Positions 12,331 to 25,202 of a DNA stretch of 53,533 bases are shown here, piece after piece. Source of the stretch: Vicugna vicugna (lineage: Eukaryota). Both the position numbers and the translations under genes were made by a program. The first letter of the stretch is position 1, and each line of letters begins with the position of its first letter. The stretch spans positions 248,001-301,533 of the forward strand of contig MU058815.1 in NCBI GenBank assembly GCA_013265495.1. The letters run 5' to 3'. The notes under the pieces are model-generated. The model worked only from the letters and a program-made list of their open reading frames with translations. It was not told where the DNA came from and did not search any database.

Positions 12331-13000
12331 ATTTTGAGGACTCTTTTCTGTCCTGTGCACATTGGTGTTTACAGGTTGCCGGCTTCTCCAATATTCAGTA
12401 TGAGCATCTGTGAGGCAAAAGGGAAACCAGGAACTCATTATCACGTCATCCCTTCAGTCCCAAGGTCCCTAAGCCATCTGCCTTCTTCTCTCAGCCAAGC
12501 AGAATATTGTTCTGGTTGTTTCACATACCATTTCCAGGGTTTCTCATTGTACTTGTGGTGAGGAATAAGGAAACGCACATATACTCCATTTCCCAGAAGA
12601 AAACGTCTCTGTCGTATGTTTCGCTTCTGGTAAGGAAAGCAGTCTCCATTTTCCCTTCCTTTTCACAATTATATTGGCTATTATGTTTTGCTCTTTCAGG
12701 AAATGTTTGGGAGACACTTGTTGAATTCTTTCTCAGAATTCCCATTGGGGTGACATTGAACATAAAGTGACTCCATGACAGAATCATTTATTATGTTCAG
12801 CAACTCAACTGGAAATAATCCACGGTCTCATATCAGAGCTGTTAAACATCTTAGGTTAACCAGTCAGCCCTGGATGCTTCAGATTCCAAGAACAGAGTTT
12901 TCTTCCATTTCATACATTGCAGGTTAATCACACAGTTCTGCCTCAGTATTTTTCCTCACCAGTGACTTTTTTCCCACCACATCACCCTTCTGTATGGTCG

Positions 13001-13637
13001 TGATGCAGGAAAGATGGATGTGGGACATGAGGAGGGCCGTGTCCCAGGCTTCAGTGGAGTCCCTGGGACGTGCCCCGCCAAGTGTGGGTCCTTGGCTTCG
13101 CGCAGGAAAGATTTCAAGAGCGAGTCACAGTTGAGTGAAGACAGATTTATTTAGAGAGATACATGGAAAGGCAAGAGAAAGGCCACGAGGTGTGGGGGTT
13201 GGGTGCTCAGATTAGAGTAAAAGTAGGTACACACTCCATAGACAGAGTGTGGGCTGTCTCCAAAGGGGGAGAGAGAGAGGGCTGTCCTGGGAGGCAGTGT
13301 CACCAGTTTTTTTTATGGGCTTGGTGGCTTCATATGCTAATAAGTGGAAGGACCAGTCTAAGTAGCCTGGGGAAGGGGCTCAGATTCCCAGGAAGTTGGC
13401 CGTTTCCCACTCTTTGACCTTTTGTGGCCAGCCTTGGGACTGCCATGGTGCCCGTGGGCATGTTATTCACCATACTAATGTATTACAATGGGGGTATAAT
13501 GAAGCTCAAGGTCTACTAGAAGTCAAATCTCCCACCATCTTGAGCCTCAAGGCCTCCTGGGGTTGAATCTTCCACGTTCTGGTGTTAACTGCTGTGTTAT
13601 TCCTTGAATGGCTGTGCCCTGCCCCCTTCCTGCCTCA
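13001..13637 (-). mobile_element. ERV solo LTR (same family as 18717-19339)
   Basis: Minus strand runs TGAGGCAGGAAGGGGGCAGGGC...TTTCCTGCATCA (TG..CA ends), has an internal AATAAA and is colinear with the plus-strand copy. Confidence 0.8.
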
Positions 13638-14788
13638 ATAGAAAATTCAGTTTTTCCCAATTTTCCACCATAACAGTAGAGTATGAACTCCTGAAAGCAC
13701 ACATTGTGCTAACTGAGTCATTTGGTCTAGACTTTCTCAGCTTTGCTTCTAAATGAGAAGACTTTAAGCCAATCATTGCATGGAATGGCCCTGCTGGTAA
13801 AGAATCTCTCAACTCTTGCTGAAGCTGCCTCTCCTTCTTGAGAAGGCAGACCGAGACTTTTTACAGAATAGAGCAAACTGGCGTCTCTTGGTTGTAGCAC
13901 GAGTCTGTGTTTATTTTCTTTCGGTTACATAAATAGAGCCAATCACTCAGCAGAGAATTCTGCTGCATCTCCTGGGCTCCCAGGAGGAATGTTTTCTGCT
14001 CACTTGCCTTTTCTGCAAGGATGTGACAGCAGGAAGAAGGAGGCGGTGGTATTAAAACAAGCAGTCTGCCTGCAAGTTGCAGAAGAAACAGTTTTGGACA
14101 GACGTCAGAATGAGGAATCTCTGTCTGGAGAGTAATTTTTATGCAAGAGAGAATGATGTAAATCAGAGAAAAACTGGAAAGAGGAGAAGTATTTAAGACA
14201 AAGCGGGACTTTTAAATTCAACCAAAAGCACAGAAGGCTCTCTCGGTAACAACATCCTTATGATCACAAATGCGGCAGGGTGACCATGGGTCCGTCTTTC
14301 CCATCTCCACACATCCCATTTCCGGCAGGTGGAGAGTCCCGGGGAGGTGGGCACAGGTGGAGCAACGTCTACAGAGAAAGTCTTCATTTCACACTGACGT
14401 GTAACGTGGCCCGACTCTACAGCGCTTAATTCCACTCCTTTTTGTTTAAAGATAGAGTGTAAACATGCCTAGAAGGGTCCTCGTTTTCCCTCACTGGAAG
14501 AAGATAAAAGGATTTGCAGGCAGGGTGGGGGCGGGGCAAAGGCAGGGTGGGGGCGGGGGGTTGAAGGGGGAAGGGTGCTGGGGGAGGAGGAGGGAGCCAT
14601 AGACGTGGTGACAACAGGCACTTCTCCAGAGGGCCACATGGTGAGCAGATGCACTTACTTGCTGGTAAATGGGTGTAATTAAATGTGACTGGCTGAGCTC
14701 CCAAAGTTTTAAGAGAAAATTAGTTGGCCGGTTTGCTTCAAAATTCTTTTGCAGTAACATCTGGGGAAACGCGTTTTAGGTAGGTGGG

Positions 14789-15165
14789 TGTCATGGGCTG
14801 ATCTGCTTCCCCCAACCTAACTCATATGTTGACGTCAAAACCCCTGGCAGCTCAGAATGGGACTGTGTTTGGAGACAGGGTCTCTCCTGAGGTAATTAAG
14901 TTAGAATGAGGCCATCAGGGTCGGTCCAAATCCAGTATGGCTGGTGCCCTTGTAAGGAGAGGAAATCAGGACCCAAACGGGCACAGAGGGAAGGCCATGT
15001 GAAGACGGGAGGAGACGGCCGTCTGCGAGCCACGGAGAGAGGCCTCCAGAGCAGCCAGCCCTGCCGGCACCTTGATCTCAGGCTTCCAGCCTCCAGAGCT
15101 GAGAGAAGTAGATGCCTGTCACCTAAGCCGGCGGCTGGGACGCTCTGGCCTCAGCTGACGGACAA
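14789..15165 (+). mobile_element. MLT1 (MaLR) LTR
   Basis: tgtcatgggctga...catatgttga...cagaatgggactgtgtttggagacagggtc...ggtaattaagtta...cagccctgccggcaccttgatctcaggcttccagcctccaga. Confidence 0.8.
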
Positions 15166-15763
15166 ATGGAATCACGCCCACCGCCTTCGGGAGGATGCAG
15201 CAAACCTTTTCTTCTGTGACTTTAAGTTAGAGTCAAAGAACAAAGTGTAAAGCAAGAGATCAGGCAGACCCGGGAAGTGGCAGTGGTCCTCTGGAGGACA
15301 TCTTCAGGAAGGCCTCCGGGCTCCTTCTGCGTGGGTGTGACCAGGGCAGCGAGCCTCAGTGACTCTCCCCACGGCTGCGGGTCACAGCCCACGTCCGGCC
15401 CTGACTCTCCTGGCTTCGACGTCTCTCTGCCGCCTCCTCCAGACGTGCCTTCTTGCTGCTGCGCCACGGCCACGCTCATCCCCTTCCCCCCACCCCTTGG
15501 AGGCTTTGCCTGCAGGCTCTCCCGCCCTGTCCTGCATGACTCCTGCTCCTCTATGGAGCCCAGTTCTCACGCGAGATAACTTGTCTCTTTTTGTCCCCCA
15601 GGCCCCTCAAAGCTCCCTCTGTCACTAACTTTCCCCCACCCTGTGCACACTGATGGCCTGTCCCCCTGCGAGGCTGAGCTCCAGAAAACATAGTCCCTGT
15701 GTGGCCACTGCATCCTTATTATCTAGCGCAGTCACCTGGCTCATTATTAAATATACCTTTACT

Positions 15764-15920
15764 GGGGGAGGGTATAGCTCAAGTGGTGGAGCGCGTACTT
15801 AGCATGCGCGGGTCCTGGGTTCAATCCCCAGCACCTCCTCTAAAAATAAATACGTAAATAAACCTCATTACCTCCTCCTCCCAAATAAAAACAAATAATA
15901 AAATAGATACACATAAAAAA
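15764..15920 (+). mobile_element. tRNA-Ala-derived SINE (Vic-1-like), long form
   Basis: ggggagggtatagctcaagtggtggagcgcgtacttagcatg...gggttcaatccccagcacctcc plus aaataaacctcattacc tail. Confidence 0.85.
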
Positions 15921-16534
15921 TATTTGACGTGTAATAAAGTAGTTCTCTCTCTGTAGGTCTCTGTATGCTCCCAGAAAAGCGATGGAAGAAAGGCTTTTAA
16001 GTATTCACTGCATTTCCACTGCCCCACTCATGAGCTTTAAGAAGGTGTTTCCTCTGATACCCTAATAAGCATGTAGGGAAGATCTCTTGAGGTAAAGGAA
16101 CAGAAGGAAATGAGGTCTGTTTAGCCTTTGGGCCACATAATTAAGCTTGTATCGGATTTTAATCCATCCGTATCGACAGGACCCTTGCTAAATATGAGCT
16201 AAATGTGGATGACGCCGTCTTTACTTTCCCTTTCAACGTGGTAGATAAAGGCATGGCTGTTGGTACCCCATCAAGCATTTCTGAGACAGAACCATCTGGG
16301 TCGTCTCCCTGAGGGAGGAGTGCTAAGCCGCAGTTCTGGAAAAGACATGGTCAGAAGTCCATCAGTGGTCAGGGCTGAAGGCTTTAAAAGTGCTCTGGGT
16401 TAAGTCCGCTGACGATGGGTTTAAAGCTAACTCAACACTATCACTTGGACTCCTTAGTAACTAAGTTTAGTAACTAACCACGGCCTCATGTGACAGTGAT
16501 TAAAAATCTTTGGGCAACATATCAGACCCAGATA

Positions 16535-16849
16535 TTTTTTATTTTTTTGAAGCATCGGTGATTTACAAATGTTGTGTTAGTTTCAGGGGTACAGCAAAGT
16601 GATTCCGTTATACATACACATACACATATTCTTTTTCAGATTCCTTTCCATTAGAGGTTATTATAAGATATTGAATATAGTTCCCTGTGCTATACAGTAG
16701 GACCTTGTTGTTTACTTATTTTTATCTACAGTAGTGTGTATCTGTTAATCCCAAACTCCTAATTTACCCCTCTCCCCTCCCCCCTTTCCCCTTTGGTAAC
16801 CGTATTTTGTTTTCTACGTCTGCGAGTCTATTTCTGGTTTGTACATAAC
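16535..16849 (-). mobile_element. 5'-truncated L1 3'UTR
   Basis: TSD tcagacccagata / tcaggcccagata at 16522-16534 and 16850-16862; homologous to 11606-11920. Confidence 0.85.
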
Positions 16850-17839
16850 TCAGGCCCAGATACTTGGTGAAGCCTTCATGGTCAGAGGCCTTTCATTTCA
16901 CACCTAACAGGTTAATCACACAGGTCTTATGCCCCAATGCAAACAACCACTTGTGGTTTTATTACAACCAAAATTAGTGTCGTTCAATGCGCAGTGTTTG
17001 TCTCATCATCTTACGATGACTTCTGTTCGCGCTGGCAAGCACGTGGGTTTAATGCAGAAGAGGCTCCATCTCCTGGTAGGCCTGTAAATGTCCTAGAGCT
17101 GACTGATGCGGTTGCAGAGGCTGCACGAGGGCGCGGCTGGCTGTGGCCTTCCCGGCGGCCTAAACAGCTTCCTGAGTTGGTGGGTGAATTAGGAAGGGCC
17201 CCTGCTCCCTCTTCAACTTTATAGGGAAGGTCCGTCTATGGCTTTTCCTCCCACTAGCCCCTCGCCATGGGAGAGGCAGAGTTCAGAGCTGTTTAGCCTG
17301 GCCTTGGTGCAAACTACAGAAACTTACACTTCAAATCCTGTCGGCTTAGGTTGGATCCCAGTTCATCCAATATTCTCTAGGGTTCGTTCTTTAGAATGAC
17401 ATAGAAATTACGTACAAGGGCAGGAATGTCTGGGACACCCTCCCTCACCGCCCCCCCATGCCCATCTAACGCACCACATGGTCCCCCCAAAACACCAGCC
17501 CCCAGCTCCCGGGTGTCCCCCTCCACTCCCCACCCTCTTCCTCCCACAGCAGGAGGAGCCCTGGCCAAAGGGGTGGACGTCGGGGCCATGGGGCCACACG
17601 GCTCCTCAGACTGCACCGTCCAAAGCGAGCTGTGAGCTCCGCTAGGCTGCTCGGTGGTTCGCTCCTGGCGACCACATAAAGGAAATAAGAGCAACGGTGA
17701 ACGTCCTCCAACGAGGTCTTCGCCCCTTCCCTCCTTCCAGGGCTTGCACGGGCTGGGGGTGGGGGCAGGGGCAGGCTAGGGCTCCCAGTCCTCCCCTTTC
17801 TCCTTTTTCTCTCTGAATCTGTTTCCTCTCCTTTGTGAG

Positions 17840-18480
17840 AGGCGTGGGCACGGCACCTCCTCCTAAGGGTGCCTGCGATCAGCGGGGCGCGGAACGCCGC
17901 GAAGCCACCGCGCGTGCGAAGCGCCCCGGTTCCCTTCCCCCGGCGGGAAGACGGCAGAGTGGTAAGCAGCCTCCTGGTGGTTGGCACCGAGGCTTCTCAA
18001 TCGCTGTTAGAAAATAAGCCAGCGCAAGCCCCTGTCGTCACACTAAATAATTCACAGACGAGGAATCGGCCGTAATGGGACCACCCATCTGTATTAACCG
18101 TGGGAACTCGAGCTCCCCCCGAAGAGCCCAGGCTGCCAGGGGTGAATGCAGACAAGGAGCCGCGGAGAGCCCGGCCGCCGACGGGAGCTCAGGCGCCCTC
18201 TACAGGCCGCGGGGGCAGGCGCAGGTGGCCGGAGCCGCGGGAAAGGCAAAGGGACCCCAGCTCGGGCTAAGCGTCAAACCTGACGCCCCCGTGGAGGGAA
18301 GCGATCGGTGTCGACCAAAGAGAATTTCGGTCTTTTTACTCAAAATTTAGATAGATACATAGATAGAGTTATATAGATTTGTGTGTGTATTTAAATATGG
18401 TTTCAGTACGGAAGGTCCTCCCCCAGCACGGCCGCCCAGTCTCTGTCCGATTTCGGGCCATCGCTAAACTCAGAACCTCA
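17840..18480. promoter_or_regulatory. Intergenic CpG-rich island-like segment
   Basis: Dense CpGs by eye (gcgcggaacgccgcgaagccaccgcgcgtgcgaagcgcc; ccggccgccgacgg); not a recognisable repeat. Confidence 0.5.
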
Positions 18481-18716
18481 GCTTCCCCACTTGTGAAGTG
18501 AGAAGGGTCCCCCTTACTGGGCGGGGCTGTTTTAATGATTCAGGGAGATGCCGTAGACAAGACGCTTACCGCGGAGCCTGAGACAGGGAATGAGGTGACA
18601 GTAAGAGCAATATGATGACGTATTTGTTCATCTGCCTACTCATTTAACACTTACGTGTCAAGCGTGCCATGTGTCAGGCCCTCGCTGGAAGCTGGGGTGC
18701 AGCGGTGAGCTGGAAG

Positions 18717-19339
18717 TGAGACAGGAGGAAGGGGGCAGGGCACAGCCACTCAAGGAATGACAGCAATTTAACACCAAAATGGTGGAAGATTCCATTCCCA
18801 GCTGGCCTTGAGGATTAAGAGGCTTGACTTCTAGTAGACCTTGAGCTTCATCATATGCTCATTGTAACAGCGTGATGAATAACATGCCCGCAGGCGCCAT
18901 GACAGCCCCCAGGCTGACCGCAACAAAGAATGGGCGGGGGCCCAGCTCCTGGGAATCCCAGCCCCTTCCCAGGGCAGTTGGAATGGTCCCACCTGTAGGC
19001 GTGCGAAGCTACTGAGCCCATAAAACATGGCAACACCACGCCTAGTGGCCCTTTCCGCTTCCTCCCCTTTGGAGACGGCCCGCACTGTCGATGGCGTGTG
19101 CACCTACTTTTACTTTAACCTGAGCCCCCAACTCCCACACCTCTCTCCTGGCCTTTCTCTTGCCGTACACTCTATGCAGTGTGTATGTAAATAAATCTAC
19201 CTTGACTCAACGGTGGCTCGCATCTTAATTCTTTCCTGCCCGATGCCAAGGACCCACACTTGGCGGGGCACGTCCCAGGGGCTCCACCGAGACCTGGGAC
19301 ATGGCTCTCCTCGTGCCCCACATCCGTTTTCCTGCATCT
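18717..19339 (+). mobile_element. ERV solo LTR (same family as 13001-13637)
   Basis: tgagacaggaggaagggggcagggcacagcc...aataaatctacc...ttttcctgcatc is the reverse-complement homologue of 13001-13637. Confidence 0.8.
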
Positions 19340-21443
19340 ATAATGCCACCAAGAATCTCCTTCTTTGCGTCTTTCAACTCTGTCTTCACGCTGTTGATTC
19401 AAACTGAAATGGCTTTTATTGTGATCTCAAAATTCTGGCCAGCCGCTCCCGGGGCTCCATGTTTTTGTTGAGCGTACTCAGTGGAGAGGCGGTGAGGGAG
19501 GGTGTCCCAGCATTTCTGGCAAGCCCCCAAGCTGGCTGGTCTAGTTTAAGGTACCTGCCTGTCCCCGAGCTGATTCCACCGTGACTCCTGAGGCCAAGGG
19601 GGGAGCCAGTGTCTCTACCACATGGATTCCAAACTGAAACTCAGGGATAGTGGGAAGGAGAGGTGGGGAATGGGTGCTGGGGAGACAGCCAACAATTGTT
19701 CCCTAAAACGTGGAAACGGGGGTGTGGGAAGCTGGCACTTCAGTCGCTAAAGGATGGACTGAGTGCCCCTGCAATGGCTGCTGTCACTTTGTGTCTTTAT
19801 TGGCCATGCTTGGTGTGTAAATATCCATGGCTTCCCTGACTTTTTCACGGACGCCTCCTCATTATCTCTGAGTTCTCTTGCCCTTAAATGCCACTGTCTG
19901 CAACCTTCAGTCACCCTAGTCTTCTTTTCTTTTGTGTTCTTAAGGAACCTTTTGGACCTCAGGCAAATCTCTTCCTCTTCCTGGGGGTGGGGCTGAGTAG
20001 GCCAAGGATCTCTGCCCCAGCAGCACCGGGGACACTCCAGGCTGTGTTTGGATGACCACCTGCCTTTCTGGGACATAAGTCACTGAGGGGTTAACTCCTG
20101 AAGGAATGCCAGCATGCGCCCTGCGCCCTGCGCCTCCCATATCAATCCTAGCATCCTGCTTTTTAATCAAAATGAAGACGAAAATAGAGGGTTTTTTTCC
20201 CTTGGGGAGATCACCTTGAAAAATCTCAGTACTTTCACGGAGTTTGTCCTAGGTTTGTTTTAACAAGGCACATGTATTTGAATTCATGCTTCAGGGACAA
20301 GACCTCAGAGCCTTGGGAGTGACAGCGTCATGACTCCGCAGGGCTTCAAGCCCCGAAGGGGAGGGGTTTCTGGTGAAACGTTAAACTTTGTTCCCCTCTC
20401 CCCCCGGTCCATCCACAGGCATAGATACTGTGAGAAGACCATCGGTATATGGGGCAGAGGAAAGCAGCGGGGTATCCGGACAGACCAGACTGCAGCGGCC
20501 AGTAAACGTGGACTCAGCGAAAAAGGCGGAGGGCGCACAGATCCTGCCGTCACAGCTTCGTGCAGGGGGCTGTTCGCTGCAACGTGGTGAGTGCCTTTAG
20601 AAACTGCTTAGCACTAAAACAGTCTAGAGGTGGGCCATCTCACTAGAAATTTGCCCCGAAGATTTTTAGAAAGGAAATCAGTCCCTGAGCAAAGAACTTC
20701 ATTCCCAGCGGTGAACGGAGATGCACATGCACGTGCGTGAGTGTGTGTCTGTGCGCATGCGCATATGTGGTATGTTCTATCTTGGAGACTCAAAGCAGAT
20801 GGGGAGGGGGAGGGGAGAAAGACGGCAGCCACTTTGAATTAGGAAATCTGGGAAAGGAATTTCAGGAGGACTTCTTGTTGCTTTCCTCCATCCCCCATGG
20901 CCTTTTCTCTTGATTTCCTCCCCTTGTTTGCAGGAACACGTCCTTAAGAGACTTCTTAGTAAAGGTTAGAAATGAGAGAAATGCTCCGGGGTCCTCACCG
21001 CGGTCTGTCCTGACGCTCGATGGGAAGAGAAGTCTTGCAACACCGTGAGGGCCGTGCTGGGCATGCGGGGTGGGTAGGGGGGGATGGCCGCATCTTCACT
21101 CCACTGCCTCCAGCGATTCTTTCCTGGCTCCAAATTTAAAGACCGTGCCCAGGAAAGCCTAGAAGTCACCCAGCCCCCGCCTACGCTAGCCGGGGACGCG
21201 GCAGTGAGTAAGTCCCTGCCCCGGGACTTCGCCTCCTGTGATCTCCCGCCTTTGCAGGTAGGGCTGAGAGCCCCTGGGACACACTTTTCTCCACTGATTT
21301 AGATTTAGATTTATGCCCCACCCCCCAAATTGGTGCGCCAAACAGCTGTCCTGCCCTTTTTTTCTGACTGTGAACTAATACTGTGTTTAGGGAAAGAGAG
21401 CTTTATAAGGATCTCAATGGATTTATTCATTGGAATCATTTTC

Positions 21444-21461
21444 TAGCGACCTCTAGTGGCA
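21444..21461 (-). promoter_or_regulatory. Candidate CTCF motif
   Basis: Minus strand TGCCACTAGAGGTCGCTA, one mismatch to the core consensus CCASYAGRKGGCRS. Confidence 0.5.
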
Positions 21462-22300
21462 TTTGTCAGAGTTGCATCACTCCTGTTTGGGGGCCCAAGG
21501 ACTGAGAGGCTGAGGGCATCCCCAGGCTGGAACCGGCTTCCGGCTCAGCTGCCCTTGCGGGGCTGATGACTTTGCTCGAAGGACAGAACATCCCTGTGCT
21601 GCTAGTCACGTGCGGGGAACGTGGGCTTCTCGTCCCCATAAAAATCAAATGACTCACTAATCAGGCTCTTTCTCCCACTCTCCACGATCCTGCGATCCTA
21701 CCTCATGCATGGGAAACCCACACTGTTTACAGCGATGCAGTTTTTCAGTAGTGAGAGTGGACTGCTCGTTTTCTGTCATTCTCTTTTGCATAAGCGGCCC
21801 GCCTATGTTGCTACACCTGCATGCTTTTGTTTTCAGTTACAGAGGGTGAAAAAGCCATCGCCAGCTACAAGGAAAGAAACTCTGAAGACAAACCTTTTTA
21901 GATGATCCTCGGTCACCGTATTTTTTAAAGGCACATTTGGCGAGTAAGGACGGGATCACTTAAACCATTCACCCCTGCGGAGGAACGTCCCCTCCCCTTG
22001 CCGCGTTTCCTTCGGAGAACTGAGCATCGCAGACATCAGAAGGATGTGCTTTGCTGCTGGCCCGTCCGCCTGGTTCTCTGCGTGATCCCTGCAACAGGCG
22101 CACAGCAGGCACTTGTCGACACGTTCACCTAATGATCTCGCCTGGGATCAGTTTGGAGAGTATCTCGTTGTGATTTCTGCGGCCCATCGATAATATTGCA
22201 CGTTTGCATTTAGAAGAGAGCGTTTCACCCGCAGTTAAATCCATCAGTGCTCTTCTACATAACTGTGTTAACTGCAGTCTCGTAAAAGCACAGCACTACT

Positions 22301-22434
22301 GAGGAAGGGTACAGCTCAAGTGGTAGGGCGCATGCTTAACATCCACGAAGTCCTGGGTTCAATTCCCAGTACCTTCTCTAAAAAAATTAATAAGTAAAAT
22401 TTAAAAACCTAATTACCCCTCAAAAAATTTTCTT
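22301..22434 (+). mobile_element. tRNA-Ala-derived SINE (Vic-1-like), long form
   Basis: gaggaagggtacagctcaagtggtagggcgcatgctt...gggttcaattcccagtacc; TSD beginning aaagcacagc at 22285 and 22435. Confidence 0.85.
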
Positions 22435-24719
22435 AAAGCACAGCTTTCCTAATAAGCATGCGAATTTTCTTGCACATGTCAGGTTTTTATGCTAGGTTAT
22501 TTTAGCAAAACACACCCCCGAGGTATAATCAAGTTAATAAAATTTATTAAGAGAACACAGCCTGTGCGATGACTGCATATTTATAAGACCTACAAAATCA
22601 ACACAGCTCTTGCCAGATCACTGTCCCTCCTAAATGGAACGTGGTAAACTGTATTTTGTAGGGAAGAAATGTGACGTTTATCTTATGCTAAGGAAATCCG
22701 AACTCACAAAGCTATTTTAAGTAACTAGAAATTTACCCTTGTTGGATAGTAATTAAAACTTGAAGAATATGTACCTGAAAGAAAAAGAGAGGAAAATGTG
22801 TTGCTCTCCCTGGTGAAGCAGATGGAGATCCCAGAAACCCAAGTCCCCTCCGCCCCCTCCAGGGACACTGGGGCACAGAGACAACATCAGTGATATTGCA
22901 GGAGGCTGTGAGCACCTGCAGACTTGAAATTGCAACAATATTGATATTTTCTCTGGAAAAAAAAACCTAGACTCAGTTTGCACTTCTACTGGGCTAGGGA
23001 GACATTGCTCCTGCTTCTCTGTGTGGCCGTGTCTTCTTGATGTGCGCTTTGGAAACAGAAGAAAATAGGGAGGCAGGTGGTTCCGCGGCATCCTTCACCC
23101 GCCACTCCACCTCACCTGGACCAAGGCAGACAGAGGAGCCGCGATGCGGGTGGGAAAGGGGGCGGCGGTGAGTGAGTGCAACCAGGGGCACCGCTCTGGG
23201 GCCGAGTCTGCAGGCAGCATCCCTTCCTCGCCCTCCCCGCATGAGGAAAAGGACCACCTCCTGGGAGGAGCAGGGCACTGGGCCCACGGTAGGTGATCTC
23301 AGAGCAGCCAGAAAGACGGCTACTCATCTTCCCACAGATGGACAGACTCCCTGGTCCCTTCTCAGAACGTAGGGTTTCAACACAGAAAATAAAACCTTCA
23401 AATTACAAGGAAAACATCTATATTGCAATTAAATCAAAGTATCTTTTAAAAGACGCCCCAATTGTGATGCATGTGCTTCTCTAGTAACTCGGCAGCGAGA
23501 TTTTGCAGATTTTGGTGGGTGTCATCTTGGAGCAGTATGTGTGGCATCGGCCACAGCTGCAACGTGATGTGAAAATTATCGATTTTTACCGGCGAGCAGC
23601 CGTGAGGGCGCAGAACATGTCTTTGGGTGTTCTCCCTACATTTATAATAAGAGGAAATGCTACACTTCAGTTGGAGGTTAGTGAATAAACATGTGCCTTT
23701 CCCTACCCACGTTCACGGGCAGGTCCAGGTGGCCTTGGGCTCTAGGGTAGGCGGCTGCTGTTACTGTCCTGGGCAGGGGTGTGTGTGTGTGGAAGTTGCC
23801 ATCCTGGGGAAGTGGGTGGGGCTGTAGCAGTTGCCTTCTGCAATTCCAAAGACATGGTCACTTGCCCCCATCCCTCCCCTGGGTGCGTGCATGTGCCTCC
23901 CAGGCCTTTCAACACACAAAGGATGGTTTTGAGTCTACGGCTCCGTGTCTGGGCAACACTTTTCACTAAAACCTCAGCATGTCAGACTGGGAAAGAGAAT
24001 AAACAGGACAAATTCGTGGGAAAAAAAAGCAATACTAACGAGTTAAAAATGTTTAACTTGCTCTGTCTTTAAAAAAAGACACGCATGAAGAGCTGAGCCA
24101 AGCGTGTCGGTCAGTCTCCATCTGTCCCCTCCTCCCAAACATCACTCCAGGGTCCCATGGGGGACACTGTGGTGACATCTGCCCCCTTGTAACTCCTGCC
24201 CTCACTCAGTCGCAGGGCCACCGCTAGGAAGCGCTCCAGCAAACAAGTCCCCATCCACTGACAAGCAAAGATCCCCAAGATACACGATTATACGAACAAA
24301 GTAAAGCAGAAAAGAATTCGTAGAGTTTACTCCTTCTGTTCAAAAACTGGGGTAAATATAAGAACATACGAGTATGTTTACGTATATACGCATTAAAAAC
24401 CGAGGCTGCACAAGCCACCAGTGGTCATTACCTGGAGGAGGGGTAGCTGGGGGCGGGAGAGGGACTTCCCACTGTGACTCTGCACTACAGCAATGTATTA
24501 GCTATTCAGTAACTAAATGAACGAAATAGACCTGAAAACGAAATGCAGGGCTGTAAAAGCGTTATCGTCTTAAGGGTGAACACCTGACAGTCAAGTTCGT
24601 GGTCTCGTTGCCAGTGTCAGGAAGCCTAGGTCCGGGCCTCCTCCACCTCAGCTGAGCATTACTCTTGTTCCAAGAGCTGGTTACTGAGCACTCACCAAGT
24701 ACCCAGCCCGAGAAACACA

Positions 24720-25202
24720 TGTGATGGGGAAGAACAAATCTGACCCCACCCTGGATCTGCTTCCTTTACTTTAACCTTTGTGTTCTATTGCTTTTACTAT
24801 GTTAATCATTAAACAGATGTTACCTAGAGCCTTAAATCATACATAATGGCCATTTCTGGGAAATCTGCCTCTCTCGGTAACGAGCGGGTTCAGCGAAAAT
24901 ACCTTTGTTTAGCTCACAGGAAACATCCTGGCCACGCCCACCTGTGACGGACCATAGGAAGGAATAAATTAGCACATCTCCTACGGCTGACGGGGAAACA
25001 GGAAATGTTTCATCTTCCCTCCTTCTTCTTTCAGTGTAGAAGCAGCCTGAGTTGTAACTCAGACGGTTCTTTGGGACACCAGTCCACCATCTTCTTGGCC
25101 TGCCGGCCTTCCGAATAAAGCTGCTGTTCCTTGCCCCAAGAACTCGTCTCTCATCTATTGGCCTGTCGTGAGGTGAGCGGTGTGAGCTTGGACTCGGTAA
25201 CC
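24720..25202 (+). mobile_element. ERV1-type solo LTR
   Basis: Starts tgtgatgggg; contains gaataaagctgctgttccttgcccca and ends gagcttggactcggtaac; flanks caca/gaca are a near-match 4-bp TSD. Confidence 0.65.

Larger units (their letters stand above)
6100..12600 (-). mobile_element. Block of old, fragmented L1M elements with nested younger insertions
   Basis: T-rich plus strand; minus-strand ORF2-like remnants (KKSPSPGGFTERFHPVFKEELSPI at 9682-9864; KKEEQNKPKASRRKEIIKIK at 10075-10257); boundaries approximate. Confidence 0.8.

Noticed and set aside
13001..19339. Full provirus, or a proven inversion, between the two LTRs
   Set aside because: The LTRs are inverted, with no PBS, gag or pol between them. 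The flanks (gtcg/atag and gaag/ataa) do not give convincingly swapped TSDs.
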